From the NCBI GenBank assembly GCA_030603385.1, contig JAUVXW010000017.1:1-64000 (forward strand): a DNA stretch of 64,000 nt, given 5' to 3'. This stretch comes from Promethearchaeota archaeon (lineage in GTDB: Archaea; Asgardarchaeota; Lokiarchaeia; Sigyniarchaeales; SOKP01). This document shows positions 31,919 through 41,572 of the stretch, piece after piece. The translations under genes were made by a program, and so were the position numbers. The notes under the pieces are model-generated. The model made no database searches. It was not told where the DNA came from and saw only the letters and a program-made list of their open reading frames with translations. How positions within the stretch are numbered: position 1 is the first letter of the stretch; every line of letters begins with the position of its first letter.

Positions 31919-32326
31919 CTACCAATAAGGGGTCCACGCAAACCATGATACAACCCAGAACATCATCATGAAGAAGCAAACAAAGTCTATAACACCTAAA
32001 ACTAACCCTAACACTGCCATTCCAGTATTTTCGTCTTTACTTAATCCAAGCGCTCCCAATATTATTGCTACTATTCCAAAAATAATTCCACCACAAAATA
32101 AACCAAGAATTCCACATACCAAAGCTGCTGTACCATAATTTTTTTCTCCCCCCCTAGAGTACGACCTTTGATAAAGACGTGTTTGATATTGTGGTGGTGG
32201 TGGTTGCGGTTGTGCCACCGGTCGAGGCTGAGGCACATTTACTTCTTTACGAACTTTGCCACATTTAGGACATGCATTCCAAGATTCTTCAATTTCCCCT
32301 CCGCATTCCATACAGTATGGTGACAT
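31919..32326 (-). CDS. Zinc-ribbon + Pro/Gln linker + DUF4190-like membrane protein
   Basis: CMEC...CPKC, PQPRPVAQPQPPPPQY, AALVCGILG...GMAVLGLVLG; start ATG 32326. Confidence 0.75.
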   Translation of the reverse strand: MSPYCMECGGEIEESWNACPKCGKVRKEVNVPQPRPVAQPQPPPPQYQTRLYQRSYSRGGEKNYGTAALVCGILGLFCGGIIFGIVAIILGALGLSKDENTGMAVLGLVLGVIDFVCFFMMMFWVVSWFAWTPYW

Positions 32327-32463
32327 GATATTATTTAATAATCTCAATAATATAAGTATTTCATTTTTCTATAATTTAAAGAGAAATATTTGTACGCAAT
32401 CTTTTAATGCTCTTGTAATAGATTAATAGTATTTAAACTCGCTTTGAAACAAAACAAGGAATA

Positions 32464-33615
32464 TTATATATTTGTACCCAGCTCTAAAGTTTGGTCTCTA
32501 ATTTGGGAGTTATTGCTAATTTTACAATTTGGAGCAACTATAGCCCTTTCTAAAACGACATTGTCACCAATTTCACAATCATTACAGATTATACTTTCTG
32601 TAATAATACAACCTGCTCCAATCTTTATATTATCCCATATGACGCTTTTTTCAATCATAGTATCTTCCCCAATAATGACATTTTGTCCTATAGAGGAGAG
32701 TTCCTTTATTTTCACCCGATTTTCTAATTGAACAAATTCTCCAAAACAAGCTGGTTTATCGATTATTATATTTTGTCCAGCATTAATAACACCCATTACA
32801 TAAACTCCGTCATATTCTACACCATTAGGCAAAATCGGCCATGCATGTTTTCGAAGCAAGTCCCAATTTAACCATAGATATGTAGTAGAATTTCCAGCGT
32901 CCATCCAGTAATAATTTCTGACAAATCCATATAAATCATACTGGTTTTCAAGGAGATAAGGAAAAACTTCACTCCCAAAATCCATTAACTCTGTTTCCTG
33001 AAGAATATTACCTATATCCTTATTAAAACAATAAATTCCTGTATTTATTATATTAGTGTGAAGAAAGAGATCAGCCCTTTGGGCCATACTTGACACATAT
33101 AATTCCATAGGTGCGGGTTTTTCTAAAAAGAGATAAATTTTACGATTCTTATCTAAGAGTACTACTCCATATTGAGAAGTGTGACTTTCAACTGTTTTCA
33201 TTGAAATTGTGGCTAATCCTTTTTTTTCTGAGTGAAAAGTCATAAAATCTTTCATTGGAAGGTTTGTGACAATATCTGCCATACTGACAACAACTTTTTC
33301 AGAATCAATACGATCTGTTAATAATCGATACGCCTCAGCTGTACCTTTGCTATCTTGTATTTCACATTCTAATTCGACATCTCCTAATTTATCAGGAGTC
33401 CAGGTTTTTTCTATATACTTCTTTAGAGTTTCTCCTTGATATGCTAAAGCAAGTACGATATGCTTTATATCTGCATATACTAAATGTGCAATAGCATAAT
33501 CAACCATAGGAACATTAGTAACTTTTACCAAAGGTTTTGGAATTAGAGAGGTCAAAGGCATTAATCTTTTACCCTTACCGCCAGCCAGGATTATTGCAGA
33601 CCATTCACGTGTCAT
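32464..33615 (-). CDS. NDP-sugar pyrophosphorylase (sugar-1-phosphate nucleotidyltransferase with a left-handed beta-helix)
   Basis: ILAGGKGKRLMPLT..IPKPL, FLEKP, YWMDAG and C-terminal hexapeptide repeats. Confidence 0.9.
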   Translation of the reverse strand: MTREWSAIILAGGKGKRLMPLTSLIPKPLVKVTNVPMVDYAIAHLVYADIKHIVLALAYQGETLKKYIEKTWTPDKLGDVELECEIQDSKGTAEAYRLLTDRIDSEKVVVSMADIVTNLPMKDFMTFHSEKKGLATISMKTVESHTSQYGVVLLDKNRKIYLFLEKPAPMELYVSSMAQRADLFLHTNIINTGIYCFNKDIGNILQETELMDFGSEVFPYLLENQYDLYGFVRNYYWMDAGNSTTYLWLNWDLLRKHAWPILPNGVEYDGVYVMGVINAGQNIIIDKPACFGEFVQLENRVKIKELSSIGQNVIIGEDTMIEKSVIWDNIKIGAGCIITESIICNDCEIGDNVVLERAIVAPNCKISNNSQIRDQTLELGTNI

Positions 33616-33906
33616 TTTAAGCTAATTTTTAACTTGAGAAAGAAAAAACATGAATTCATCAAGAAAACACATTATATATAACATATTCAATAGATATAAA
33701 TCTAATTTTATTTGATATAAAAAAGTTATTAATTCGTCAATTTATATTGAATTACTACTATAATATATGAAAGATTTCAGGTTTAAATCTGTGATAATTT
33801 CTTTATTAATATAAAGACTAATATTAAGACTTTGTTATTCGACACCTTTTAAACTTAAAATTAGGTAAAATTAAAATAAATTTTAGAAATAATTTTCTAT
33901 AAAATT

Positions 33907-35085
33907 TCAAGAAATATTCTCATCTGGAAGTCTTGCACCAAATCTGCGTTTTAGCAAAAAAATCGTGATCCCTATGGCAACAACAGAAATTATGATAACA
34001 CTTGATATAATGAGAATAAAATTGTCTTGACGATCTTTTACTATGGTAACGGTTATTCCATCTGATCCTCCAATTAAATCAGTATAAGAATATCCTGGGG
34101 ATGCATGAGGAAAGGTAGACCCTGAAACAAATCCCCTAGCATTAATCGATATGAAACCTTGGGTATCTAGCGTTTTAGCAACTATTCGCCATTGAACTGT
34201 TTCAGTATCTCCACTTTGTAATTCTCCAATAGGTAGACTTTTTGAAGGGTTTTCTTCCGGGGAAAGTGAAAACCCCGGGGGTAATTGTATGGTTGCATTA
34301 CATGTTGAAGCGGTGTAATAATTATAATCGAAATAAGTTGGACACACATATTCAACGTTAGCGGATAGTGTGAATGTTGAGTTAACCACAACAGAGGAAG
34401 GAGAAGTGATTGAGATATCCCATGGGTGGATAAACAATCCCCAATTTCCAGAATATGCCCATAAATCCATAAAAGTAGCATAATTTATTCTATTATATCC
34501 TTGAATCAGAGGATCGCGTGTAATTAAATTATTAATAATACTACCATCCCTGTTATATCCTATAACAACTCTAAAGTGCCCACCTGAATGACTTTCATCA
34601 TACCATTGTAAAACAATAATTGGATAACCAGCATCTATTAAATTTATTAAGCCTGTAGCTGATGTGAAGTAATTCTCGAATGTACCATATCCAATTTTTC
34701 TATTAATATAACCTGTTATATTGCTAACCATTTCATCGCCTACAGATGTACTTAAATTGCTGAAATGAGTTGCACGCCGCATATCATCAGTAAAAGTCGA
34801 TTTACTTATAAAATCAGTTCTAGCAGCATCTGCAATCTCATATTGCGAAATATCAGGTCCGAAATAATCGAAAACCATCTCTAAACAAGCTGGACCGCAA
34901 TAATAGTTTTTAATTTGAGAATAGTAGGGAACCGATGGGATTATTACATCATTTGCTGCTAACCTTAAATCTGAGTTAATATCATCAAATACACAAGATC
35001 CAGTTTCTGTTCGACTTTTGTTATGAATAAAAGGTCCTATTATTATTATTACTATGAAGACACTAATTTTTAATCTCTTTTTCAT
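33907..35085 (-). CDS. Secreted, membrane-anchored C39-like cysteine peptidase
   Basis: N-terminal signal, VPYYSQ...YCGPAC, GHFRVVIGY, RDP, an Ig-like region, and a C-terminal TM followed by KRR. Confidence 0.8.
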   Translation of the reverse strand: MKKRLKISVFIVIIIIGPFIHNKSRTETGSCVFDDINSDLRLAANDVIIPSVPYYSQIKNYYCGPACLEMVFDYFGPDISQYEIADAARTDFISKSTFTDDMRRATHFSNLSTSVGDEMVSNITGYINRKIGYGTFENYFTSATGLINLIDAGYPIIVLQWYDESHSGGHFRVVIGYNRDGSIINNLITRDPLIQGYNRINYATFMDLWAYSGNWGLFIHPWDISITSPSSVVVNSTFTLSANVEYVCPTYFDYNYYTASTCNATIQLPPGFSLSPEENPSKSLPIGELQSGDTETVQWRIVAKTLDTQGFISINARGFVSGSTFPHASPGYSYTDLIGGSDGITVTIVKDRQDNFILIISSVIIISVVAIGITIFLLKRRFGARLPDENIS

Positions 35086-35253
35086 TTGGATTTACTTCTC
35101 TCTAATTAATAACTTTCAATCATTAAAACTCCAACTTTAACATTGAGGTAGAGATAAATAAGAAATTTCATTATTTAATAATTTATTTTTTATGAATAAT
35201 TTTTACAGCAATAATCACAAAATTCAATCAATGAAGGTATTGTATAATTATTT

Positions 35254-36531
35254 TTATTGAAGATACTTTTTTAATGTTTCTCTTATTTCTTTTGCTGCGA
35301 TATGAGGTAATTTTCTTGCTACACGCATATCATCTGCCATTTCAGCACCACCAATTGTCTCATGGGGAATAATATCCGCAAACAAATGAAAATTAGCATC
35401 ATAACCATATGGACAACAATTAAATAAGATATTTCGGTTTTTATCAATTTCTATATCATCTAATGCTTGAAAAATTACTTTCAAAGAATATGCTAATTCT
35501 TCAATTTGATTAATCTTCAACTGGGAAAATCGTCTTAGGTGCTCATTTGGATGGAATCTAATATGGTAATTCCTTACTGGACTACCAGTGTTATAAAAGG
35601 TCCAGAATTCAGATTTCAGAATTATTCTATCTGTATCTCCGTGTGTTGTTTGGCAAAGATGGCAATTATCCCCCATTTCCTTGAATGCTTCAAGATATCC
35701 TTCTAATCGACTACCATGACCGTCCATATTTAAATCTATATAAGTCTGACTATGAATACGAGGTTGAGAACCACCGGCCTTCCTTCCTATGTTAAAAAAT
35801 GGCATTACTGGGATATCATAATAGTCCTTATCAATAGCTTCTTCAATACAATAAAGGATAGCAGCTTTCATAGAAAGGAAAATTCCGGATAAAGCCTCCT
35901 CAGGGATTAAATTAAAACATAAAGAAGGGTAAAAATGTCTTGAGATTGTTACTAAATTGATTCCTCTGGAAAGCTTCAAATGAGAAGGTAAATTATCTTT
36001 TACATACTTTTCGATATCGGGATCTACTATTCGTGCCATTGAAGGATACCTGTTAATTAAAGTGAGCGCTTTATTAGCCTCTGGTATCCTTTCAATCCGA
36101 TGTGGTTTCTCTGAAAAAGGCTTGTCTCTCCTAATTTCATCCTGAGTAATTATCATCGTATATACATCACCAATTGGTATTCCCCCATCGTCATATACTT
36201 GTTTTCCTTCTATAACAGAAGAAAATACGTCCTTATGTTTTTTTAAAATTTCCTTTGAACAATCAAAGAATTCTTTTTCTTCTTCTATTGTCTTGAAACC
36301 TTTAGGTCTTTCACCCCGAATTGGAGATATATAAGAATAATGACCATAATATCTTGTTCGCCCACTTCGAACACCAAAATCCTCTGAAGTAATCTTTACT
36401 GTAGAAAGTGGATCCCATCGTTTAATTGGAACTTCATAAATATCCTTAAAATTCTCTGTGTTGATTATACCCCACTCCATGAATTTTGGTTTGTATTCTT
36501 CACTATCAGAGCCTTCTTTTTTATCAGAAAT
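35254..36531 (-). CDS. GalT/HIT-superfamily nucleotidyltransferase-like protein; proposed ATT start at 36531 (ORF track ATG 36480)
   Basis: RWDPL, RGERP, NRYPS, FFNIGRKAGGSQPRIHSQ, CHLC, GGAE. Confidence 0.78.
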   Translation of the reverse strand: MSDKKEGSDSEEYKPKFMEWGIINTENFKDIYEVPIKRWDPLSTVKITSEDFGVRSGRTRYYGHYSYISPIRGERPKGFKTIEEEKEFFDCSKEILKKHKDVFSSVIEGKQVYDDGGIPIGDVYTMIITQDEIRRDKPFSEKPHRIERIPEANKALTLINRYPSMARIVDPDIEKYVKDNLPSHLKLSRGINLVTISRHFYPSLCFNLIPEEALSGIFLSMKAAILYCIEEAIDKDYYDIPVMPFFNIGRKAGGSQPRIHSQTYIDLNMDGHGSRLEGYLEAFKEMGDNCHLCQTTHGDTDRIILKSEFWTFYNTGSPVRNYHIRFHPNEHLRRFSQLKINQIEELAYSLKVIFQALDDIEIDKNRNILFNCCPYGYDANFHLFADIIPHETIGGAEMADDMRVARKLPHIAAKEIRETLKKYLQ

Positions 36532-36789
36532 GAAAATTACCTCCTTTTTTGATTCAAATTGAATTTTTTCTTAGAGATCAATAATATTATGTAATTTATT
36601 TCATACTTAAATAACTAATTACTCATGGTAACAATTATTTTCTCATAACTATATCTTGCTTTCGCAATATTAAAAAGCTAGGCAGAGAAGTTTCAAACTT
36701 AAACTGAACTGTTATATTAATGAAGTAAAACTAAAAAAAAGAAAATGAGGAAAGGTTGGTTCCTTCTAACCTAAAAATCCATTTAAATA

Positions 36790-37080
36790 TTAGTACTCGA
36801 GCCTCTTAACTATCTTGTAAGTTTTAAATTCTCGAACAGGTTCATTATTTTCATCCATTTTTTCAAAAGGTACACGTACATAGTTCTTATCGTCGATTTT
36901 CTCAACCTCGACTTCTTTATATTTTATTATTTCATTCGCTCTTTTTAATTCTTTTATTAGGAAATCCCTAACGGCACAACGGATTAATTCAGAGCGCGAC
37001 GGATATAAACCATCCTCTCCTATCAACCTCTTAATACTCTCTAGATAAGTTTCAGGTATATTAACAGTAACAATTTTCAT
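36790..37080 (-). CDS. Ribbon-helix-helix (CopG/Arc/MetJ) transcriptional regulator
   Basis: MKIVTVNIPETYL...YPSRSELIRCAVRDFL; SD GAGGAG precedes ATG 37080. Confidence 0.88.
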   Translation of the reverse strand: MKIVTVNIPETYLESIKRLIGEDGLYPSRSELIRCAVRDFLIKELKRANEIIKYKEVEVEKIDDKNYVRVPFEKMDENNEPVREFKTYKIVKRLEY

Positions 37081-37510
37081 ACAATTTCTCCTCATTCAAA
37101 ATCGAAATTCGGCATACTGACTAAAGCCTTTTTTAAATCAATCGCCTTAAACCACAATTTTTTTTATAATATCAAAGATGATAAGATAATATATAAACAT
37201 TTTTTTTTACCGCATTAATATATTTAAAGCAATACTATTTTGTCATGTTTTTACTATTCCAAAATGTTTATTAACACATTAATTTTTAAAACATTGCTGT
37301 ACTCCTCAAATTTAAGGATGTTTTTGGGGTTTATATTCTAGATAAAAAATGTTTAATTTCCTTTATTGTTTTTTTGAAAAATTTTAATTAAGATTTGAAC
37401 TTAAATTAAAATCTTTAATTTATTTAAATAATCCTAAACAAAATCTCAATTAAAATAGCCATTTATTTAAGTAAAAAATATTAAATAAGACTCTACCCTT
37501 TCAAATAATT

Positions 37511-38710
37511 ATGAAGAAGAAAGGTATAGTAATTCTTATAATATCTGTTATAGTTATCGGTATATCGGGATATTTCATCATCCCCAAACTTTTAGAAGAA
37601 GACTTATTTGGTGATGAATTCTTTGATCCAGGTATTAGATATGATTGGGATCGTTTAGATTATATGGACGTGATTTTTGAGAATGAATCAGATATATATA
37701 CTGTGAATGGTGCATGGTCTACTACAAATAGTTGCCCTTGGGTAATGGCTCATCTTGGATTTGATTTTGCTTTAGTTAACAACTCAAAAGTTCTTGCTGC
37801 TGCTCTAGGGCAAGTTAGCCACATTCGACTAATGGATTGGGGCAATGAAACAGAAAATAGGTATATGATAGGAGTGAATATTAGATTTAATGACAGCGTT
37901 TATGTAAACTATGGATTCGAACCTTGGACTATTGATATCAATGATCACGAACATCAACAAAGATTAATTAATGTAAGCATAGGAGATTGGGTTGAGATTG
38001 GTCAAGAAATAGGTAGGTTCTTACAGATTGGTCATGGTGCACACATTCACTTTGATGTTATAGAAGATGATGTAAGAACTCGACTTGATAGATATTATTC
38101 TTCAGAGGGTTATAATCGAATGATGGATTTAGTGCATATTTGGCATCCTGAATGGCCATACCTGTGCTATGATGAAAATACACCATTAGATTATGTGAAT
38201 ACAACTTTTAGTTCAATATTAAATATAAACGATGTTCAAAAAGGTTATTCAAATACAACTGAGTGTCCATGGGGTTCTATACACTTAGGATTTGATTTTT
38301 ATTTTAAGAACAACAGTAGGATATACTCAGCAGCGCCTGGACTCGTAAAATCAATCAACCTAATAGATCGTGGATCTGGTAGTAATCAATATGCGATTAA
38401 TATAACAATACAATTTAACGATGAAATTCAATGTGAATATATATTTGAGCTATGGACAAGTAATATTAATCATGTAAATACTCAAATGTTAAAATTATTT
38501 ATTACTGAAGGGGAATGGATAATGTTAGGATGGGGTATAGGTGATTTTCATCAAGTTAACATAACCTACTCTCATGTCCATTTTGCTATACGGGAAAACG
38601 GTGAATACTTTCCCCTCACCAATTATTTCTCTACAACAGCGTCTAATATTATGTTAAATTTAGTAAAAACACATAATTCTTCCTGGAATTATTGGTGTTA
38701 TACTGGTTAA
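37511..38710 (+). CDS. Membrane-anchored protein with two tandem M23-like metallopeptidase domains
   Basis: N-terminal TM; HLGFD...AAALG...AHIHF, then HLGFD...SAAPG...SHVHF. Confidence 0.78.
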   Translation: MKKKGIVILIISVIVIGISGYFIIPKLLEEDLFGDEFFDPGIRYDWDRLDYMDVIFENESDIYTVNGAWSTTNSCPWVMAHLGFDFALVNNSKVLAAALGQVSHIRLMDWGNETENRYMIGVNIRFNDSVYVNYGFEPWTIDINDHEHQQRLINVSIGDWVEIGQEIGRFLQIGHGAHIHFDVIEDDVRTRLDRYYSSEGYNRMMDLVHIWHPEWPYLCYDENTPLDYVNTTFSSILNINDVQKGYSNTTECPWGSIHLGFDFYFKNNSRIYSAAPGLVKSINLIDRGSGSNQYAINITIQFNDEIQCEYIFELWTSNINHVNTQMLKLFITEGEWIMLGWGIGDFHQVNITYSHVHFAIRENGEYFPLTNYFSTTASNIMLNLVKTHNSSWNYWCYTG

Positions 38711-38748
38711 CCATGGCCCTAAATAATTAAAAATTATTTTTGGTGTTT

Positions 38749-39801
38749 TTAATATTCTTCATCTAGATTTACAACATTAAGAAAATCATTTCGTCCTTGA
38801 GCCATCCGCTTTATATTTTCGATTACCTCATCCCATCTTAATAAATCATTGAAAGGAGAATATCCCCTATGAGGGGAGAGTACTATGTTATCAAGAGAAT
38901 GAAAGGGAAAGTGAAAGGGAAATTTTTTACCTTTTTCATCACTCTTAGGTGTATAATCATACCATACGTCAATGGCAGCGCCAGTTATAATTTTATCCTT
39001 TAAGGAAATGTAGAGGCTTTCCTCATCTATAATGTCTCCACGAGCAATATTTATTACTAATCCTTCCTTTCCTAGAAGCTCCAATTCTTTTTTCTTAATT
39101 AATTTCCTCGTCACTGACGTCAATGGAACCCCAATAATTAAAATTTCAATATCCTTTAGAAATTCATGAAGTTGAGAAAACTCATATTTATTTGCTTTTG
39201 TTGGTAAAGGGGATGTTTGCTTCTTCCAGTGTTTTCTTAATATTGAAAATTCAATGTCAAATCCACTTAAAAATCGATGAATTTTCTGATTAATTGCTCC
39301 ATATCCAAGAAATCCTACTCTTTTGAATCGCATTGGAATAGATCTTGTATCACTATCTCCAGTTCTCCATTTTCCCTCACACATCCATTCATGGTGGGGG
39401 ATAGTTTTATTCATTAGAGTTAATAAAAGAGCCACAGCATGTTGAGCAACAAAATAGGAATTTCCATGTCCATTGATAAGCAAAATTTCTCTTTCTTCAT
39501 TTACTTCTCTAAACAAGTCTAATAAATGTTGAACTCCTGCTCCTGGGTTTATAAATAATTTCGTTTTAACAGCATTAGACAATATTTCTTTTGATGGGCG
39601 CCACCCTATTAAGATATCAGCATTTGAGATTAGATCTGATAGATTTTTATCTGAGGTTTTAGTTCGAAACATAAGATTTACATTCTTAAAATCTTGTAAT
39701 TTTTCTGAGATGTATATTCTTGCTGGATCTGGTATGGATGATATAAAGCAAACAGAAACATTCTTTACTTGCTGATTTAAAAGATTATTTGATTTCTTCA
39801 T
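38749..39801 (-). CDS. D-isomer-specific 2-hydroxyacid dehydrogenase family protein
   Basis: GFLGYGAI, INIARG, AAIDVW, LSPHRG. Confidence 0.9.
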   Translation of the reverse strand: MKKSNNLLNQQVKNVSVCFISSIPDPARIYISEKLQDFKNVNLMFRTKTSDKNLSDLISNADILIGWRPSKEILSNAVKTKLFINPGAGVQHLLDLFREVNEEREILLINGHGNSYFVAQHAVALLLTLMNKTIPHHEWMCEGKWRTGDSDTRSIPMRFKRVGFLGYGAINQKIHRFLSGFDIEFSILRKHWKKQTSPLPTKANKYEFSQLHEFLKDIEILIIGVPLTSVTRKLIKKKELELLGKEGLVINIARGDIIDEESLYISLKDKIITGAAIDVWYDYTPKSDEKGKKFPFHFPFHSLDNIVLSPHRGYSPFNDLLRWDEVIENIKRMAQGRNDFLNVVNLDEEY

Positions 39802-39954
39802 AATTTTATGCCTAATTAATTAAGTTTTTAGGAGAGAAAAATAATTTTTTCTTAATTTTCGATAAATAAGGGATTCAAATAAATTTTTATATGCATTCCG
39901 TTGCTATATTTATAAATACCTATTATACAAAATTAGATAATAAAGGTAAAAGAA

Positions 39955-41391
39955 GTGTCAGAACAGAAACTTTTTCAAGTGTTCCAAAATATGCTGGAAT
40001 TTGATCCCGCGGATTACTTAGTATCTAGTGAAGAACATGAACTTACAGATTTTCAGAAAAAAGTTATTGAAAATGCAACTGCGATAATGAAAGACAATAT
40101 TATTGGCGAAGTTAAATCATTCGGGGGTAACTTAAAGGTCAATGAGGAAAAATTTAAAGAACTTGAAAATAGAGCAAATGAAGAATTAGAGAACGAGCAA
40201 TACGACGATTTAAAGAAGGAATTGAAGAGTTACGTTAAAAAGTTACGAGAACTAATTGAAAAGACATGTGTCGCGATAATACCTGTAAAAGAAATGCCTT
40301 GGGTAGATGTTTTATTTCGAACAGTCCCTCGTATAGTTTTTGATAAGAAAGTAGAGTTTTTAGATAATACTATTGCATATTACGGGGAAATTAAGTGTGT
40401 TATCTCACGTTCCACTATCTTTGGTAAAATGAAGGATGAAAAACCCTTATTTGCTCCAATAATGGGGACTATTGATTTAGGAGGTTATAAACTCGATGAG
40501 GCTCAAAAAGGTTCTAAGTCTAAAGTTTATTCTTATGTAAGTGCCATAATTGATTCCTTTGATTCCACATTAACAAGAAATCATCTTGCGAAATATCATG
40601 AAGCTTATCAAAGACATGGGGATCCTATTTGTGATTTTTTAATGAAGGATAATGAACTAATGAATTCAATGGAAAGAATCACTTCCGGTATTGAGTCAAA
40701 TCGACTTTCTTCGGATATTGCAGTCTTTAGTATAGCAATACCTCAAAATGCTGATAAAACTACTTTATTAGTAGTTGTTGACGAAGGGAAAGATTCAAAC
40801 CAATTTTCAAGATGTTTTGAAGCTTTATTAAGATTTTCTGCTGAAGGTTGTAATGTCCCTTCTACTGGCACACCTACTCAACAACCACAAGCACCAGGAC
40901 AACCTCAACCCCAACAACCTGGCACCGTGAGAACTCCCGGAGGTCAGGAACTTAAAGTGTGGTCTGCTGAAGAACTTGCATCAGAGGCTCAAAAGAGAAT
41001 GCAATCTCAACCAGATGTACCTGTATGGACAGAAGAGGAATTAAATAAATTTTCTAGCGAACGTGGAACTGGTTTACCTGAAGGTATGGAAGTTTGGACT
41101 GAGGAAGATTTACAAGAATTAGCTCAAAAACGGCAGGGAGGTTTAGATATTCCTGAATGGAAACCTGATAAAAATATGAAAGAATGTGTAAAATGCGGAT
41201 ATGCATTAAGACCTGGATGGAGTAAATGTCCTCATTGTGAAACACCTGTGGGTACTAAAATTGAATCTGAATCAAGTGAGACGCCGAGTTCAGACCAAAG
41301 TGAAGAATCAGAGGATGAATCTGACGAGATCAAAGAAGAAATACCTGAAGAAATATCTGAAGAAGAACCTGAAGAAAAAAAGGAAGAGTAA
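39955..41391 (+). CDS. Hypothetical protein: unknown N-terminal domain, Pro/Gln linker, three VW(S/T)xE(E/D)L repeats, zinc ribbon and acidic tail
   Basis: Read from the translation; CVKC...CPHC. Confidence 0.8.
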   Translation: MSEQKLFQVFQNMLEFDPADYLVSSEEHELTDFQKKVIENATAIMKDNIIGEVKSFGGNLKVNEEKFKELENRANEELENEQYDDLKKELKSYVKKLRELIEKTCVAIIPVKEMPWVDVLFRTVPRIVFDKKVEFLDNTIAYYGEIKCVISRSTIFGKMKDEKPLFAPIMGTIDLGGYKLDEAQKGSKSKVYSYVSAIIDSFDSTLTRNHLAKYHEAYQRHGDPICDFLMKDNELMNSMERITSGIESNRLSSDIAVFSIAIPQNADKTTLLVVVDEGKDSNQFSRCFEALLRFSAEGCNVPSTGTPTQQPQAPGQPQPQQPGTVRTPGGQELKVWSAEELASEAQKRMQSQPDVPVWTEEELNKFSSERGTGLPEGMEVWTEEDLQELAQKRQGGLDIPEWKPDKNMKECVKCGYALRPGWSKCPHCETPVGTKIESESSETPSSDQSEESEDESDEIKEEIPEEISEEEPEEKKEE

Positions 41392-41572
41392 TCACTATTA
41401 TTTTTTTCTCGAATTTTTATAATTTTGTTCATTTATAAATAACAAAAGAGTTATTATCTTTTATAAGTTAAACCGAAAACTTTAAAAGTGTACAAAGTCT
41501 GCAAGATTCCAAACTTTTTTTAAATAGCCTTTATTTTCAACCTTATAGGAATTAAGAATTTCGGAAATTTAA

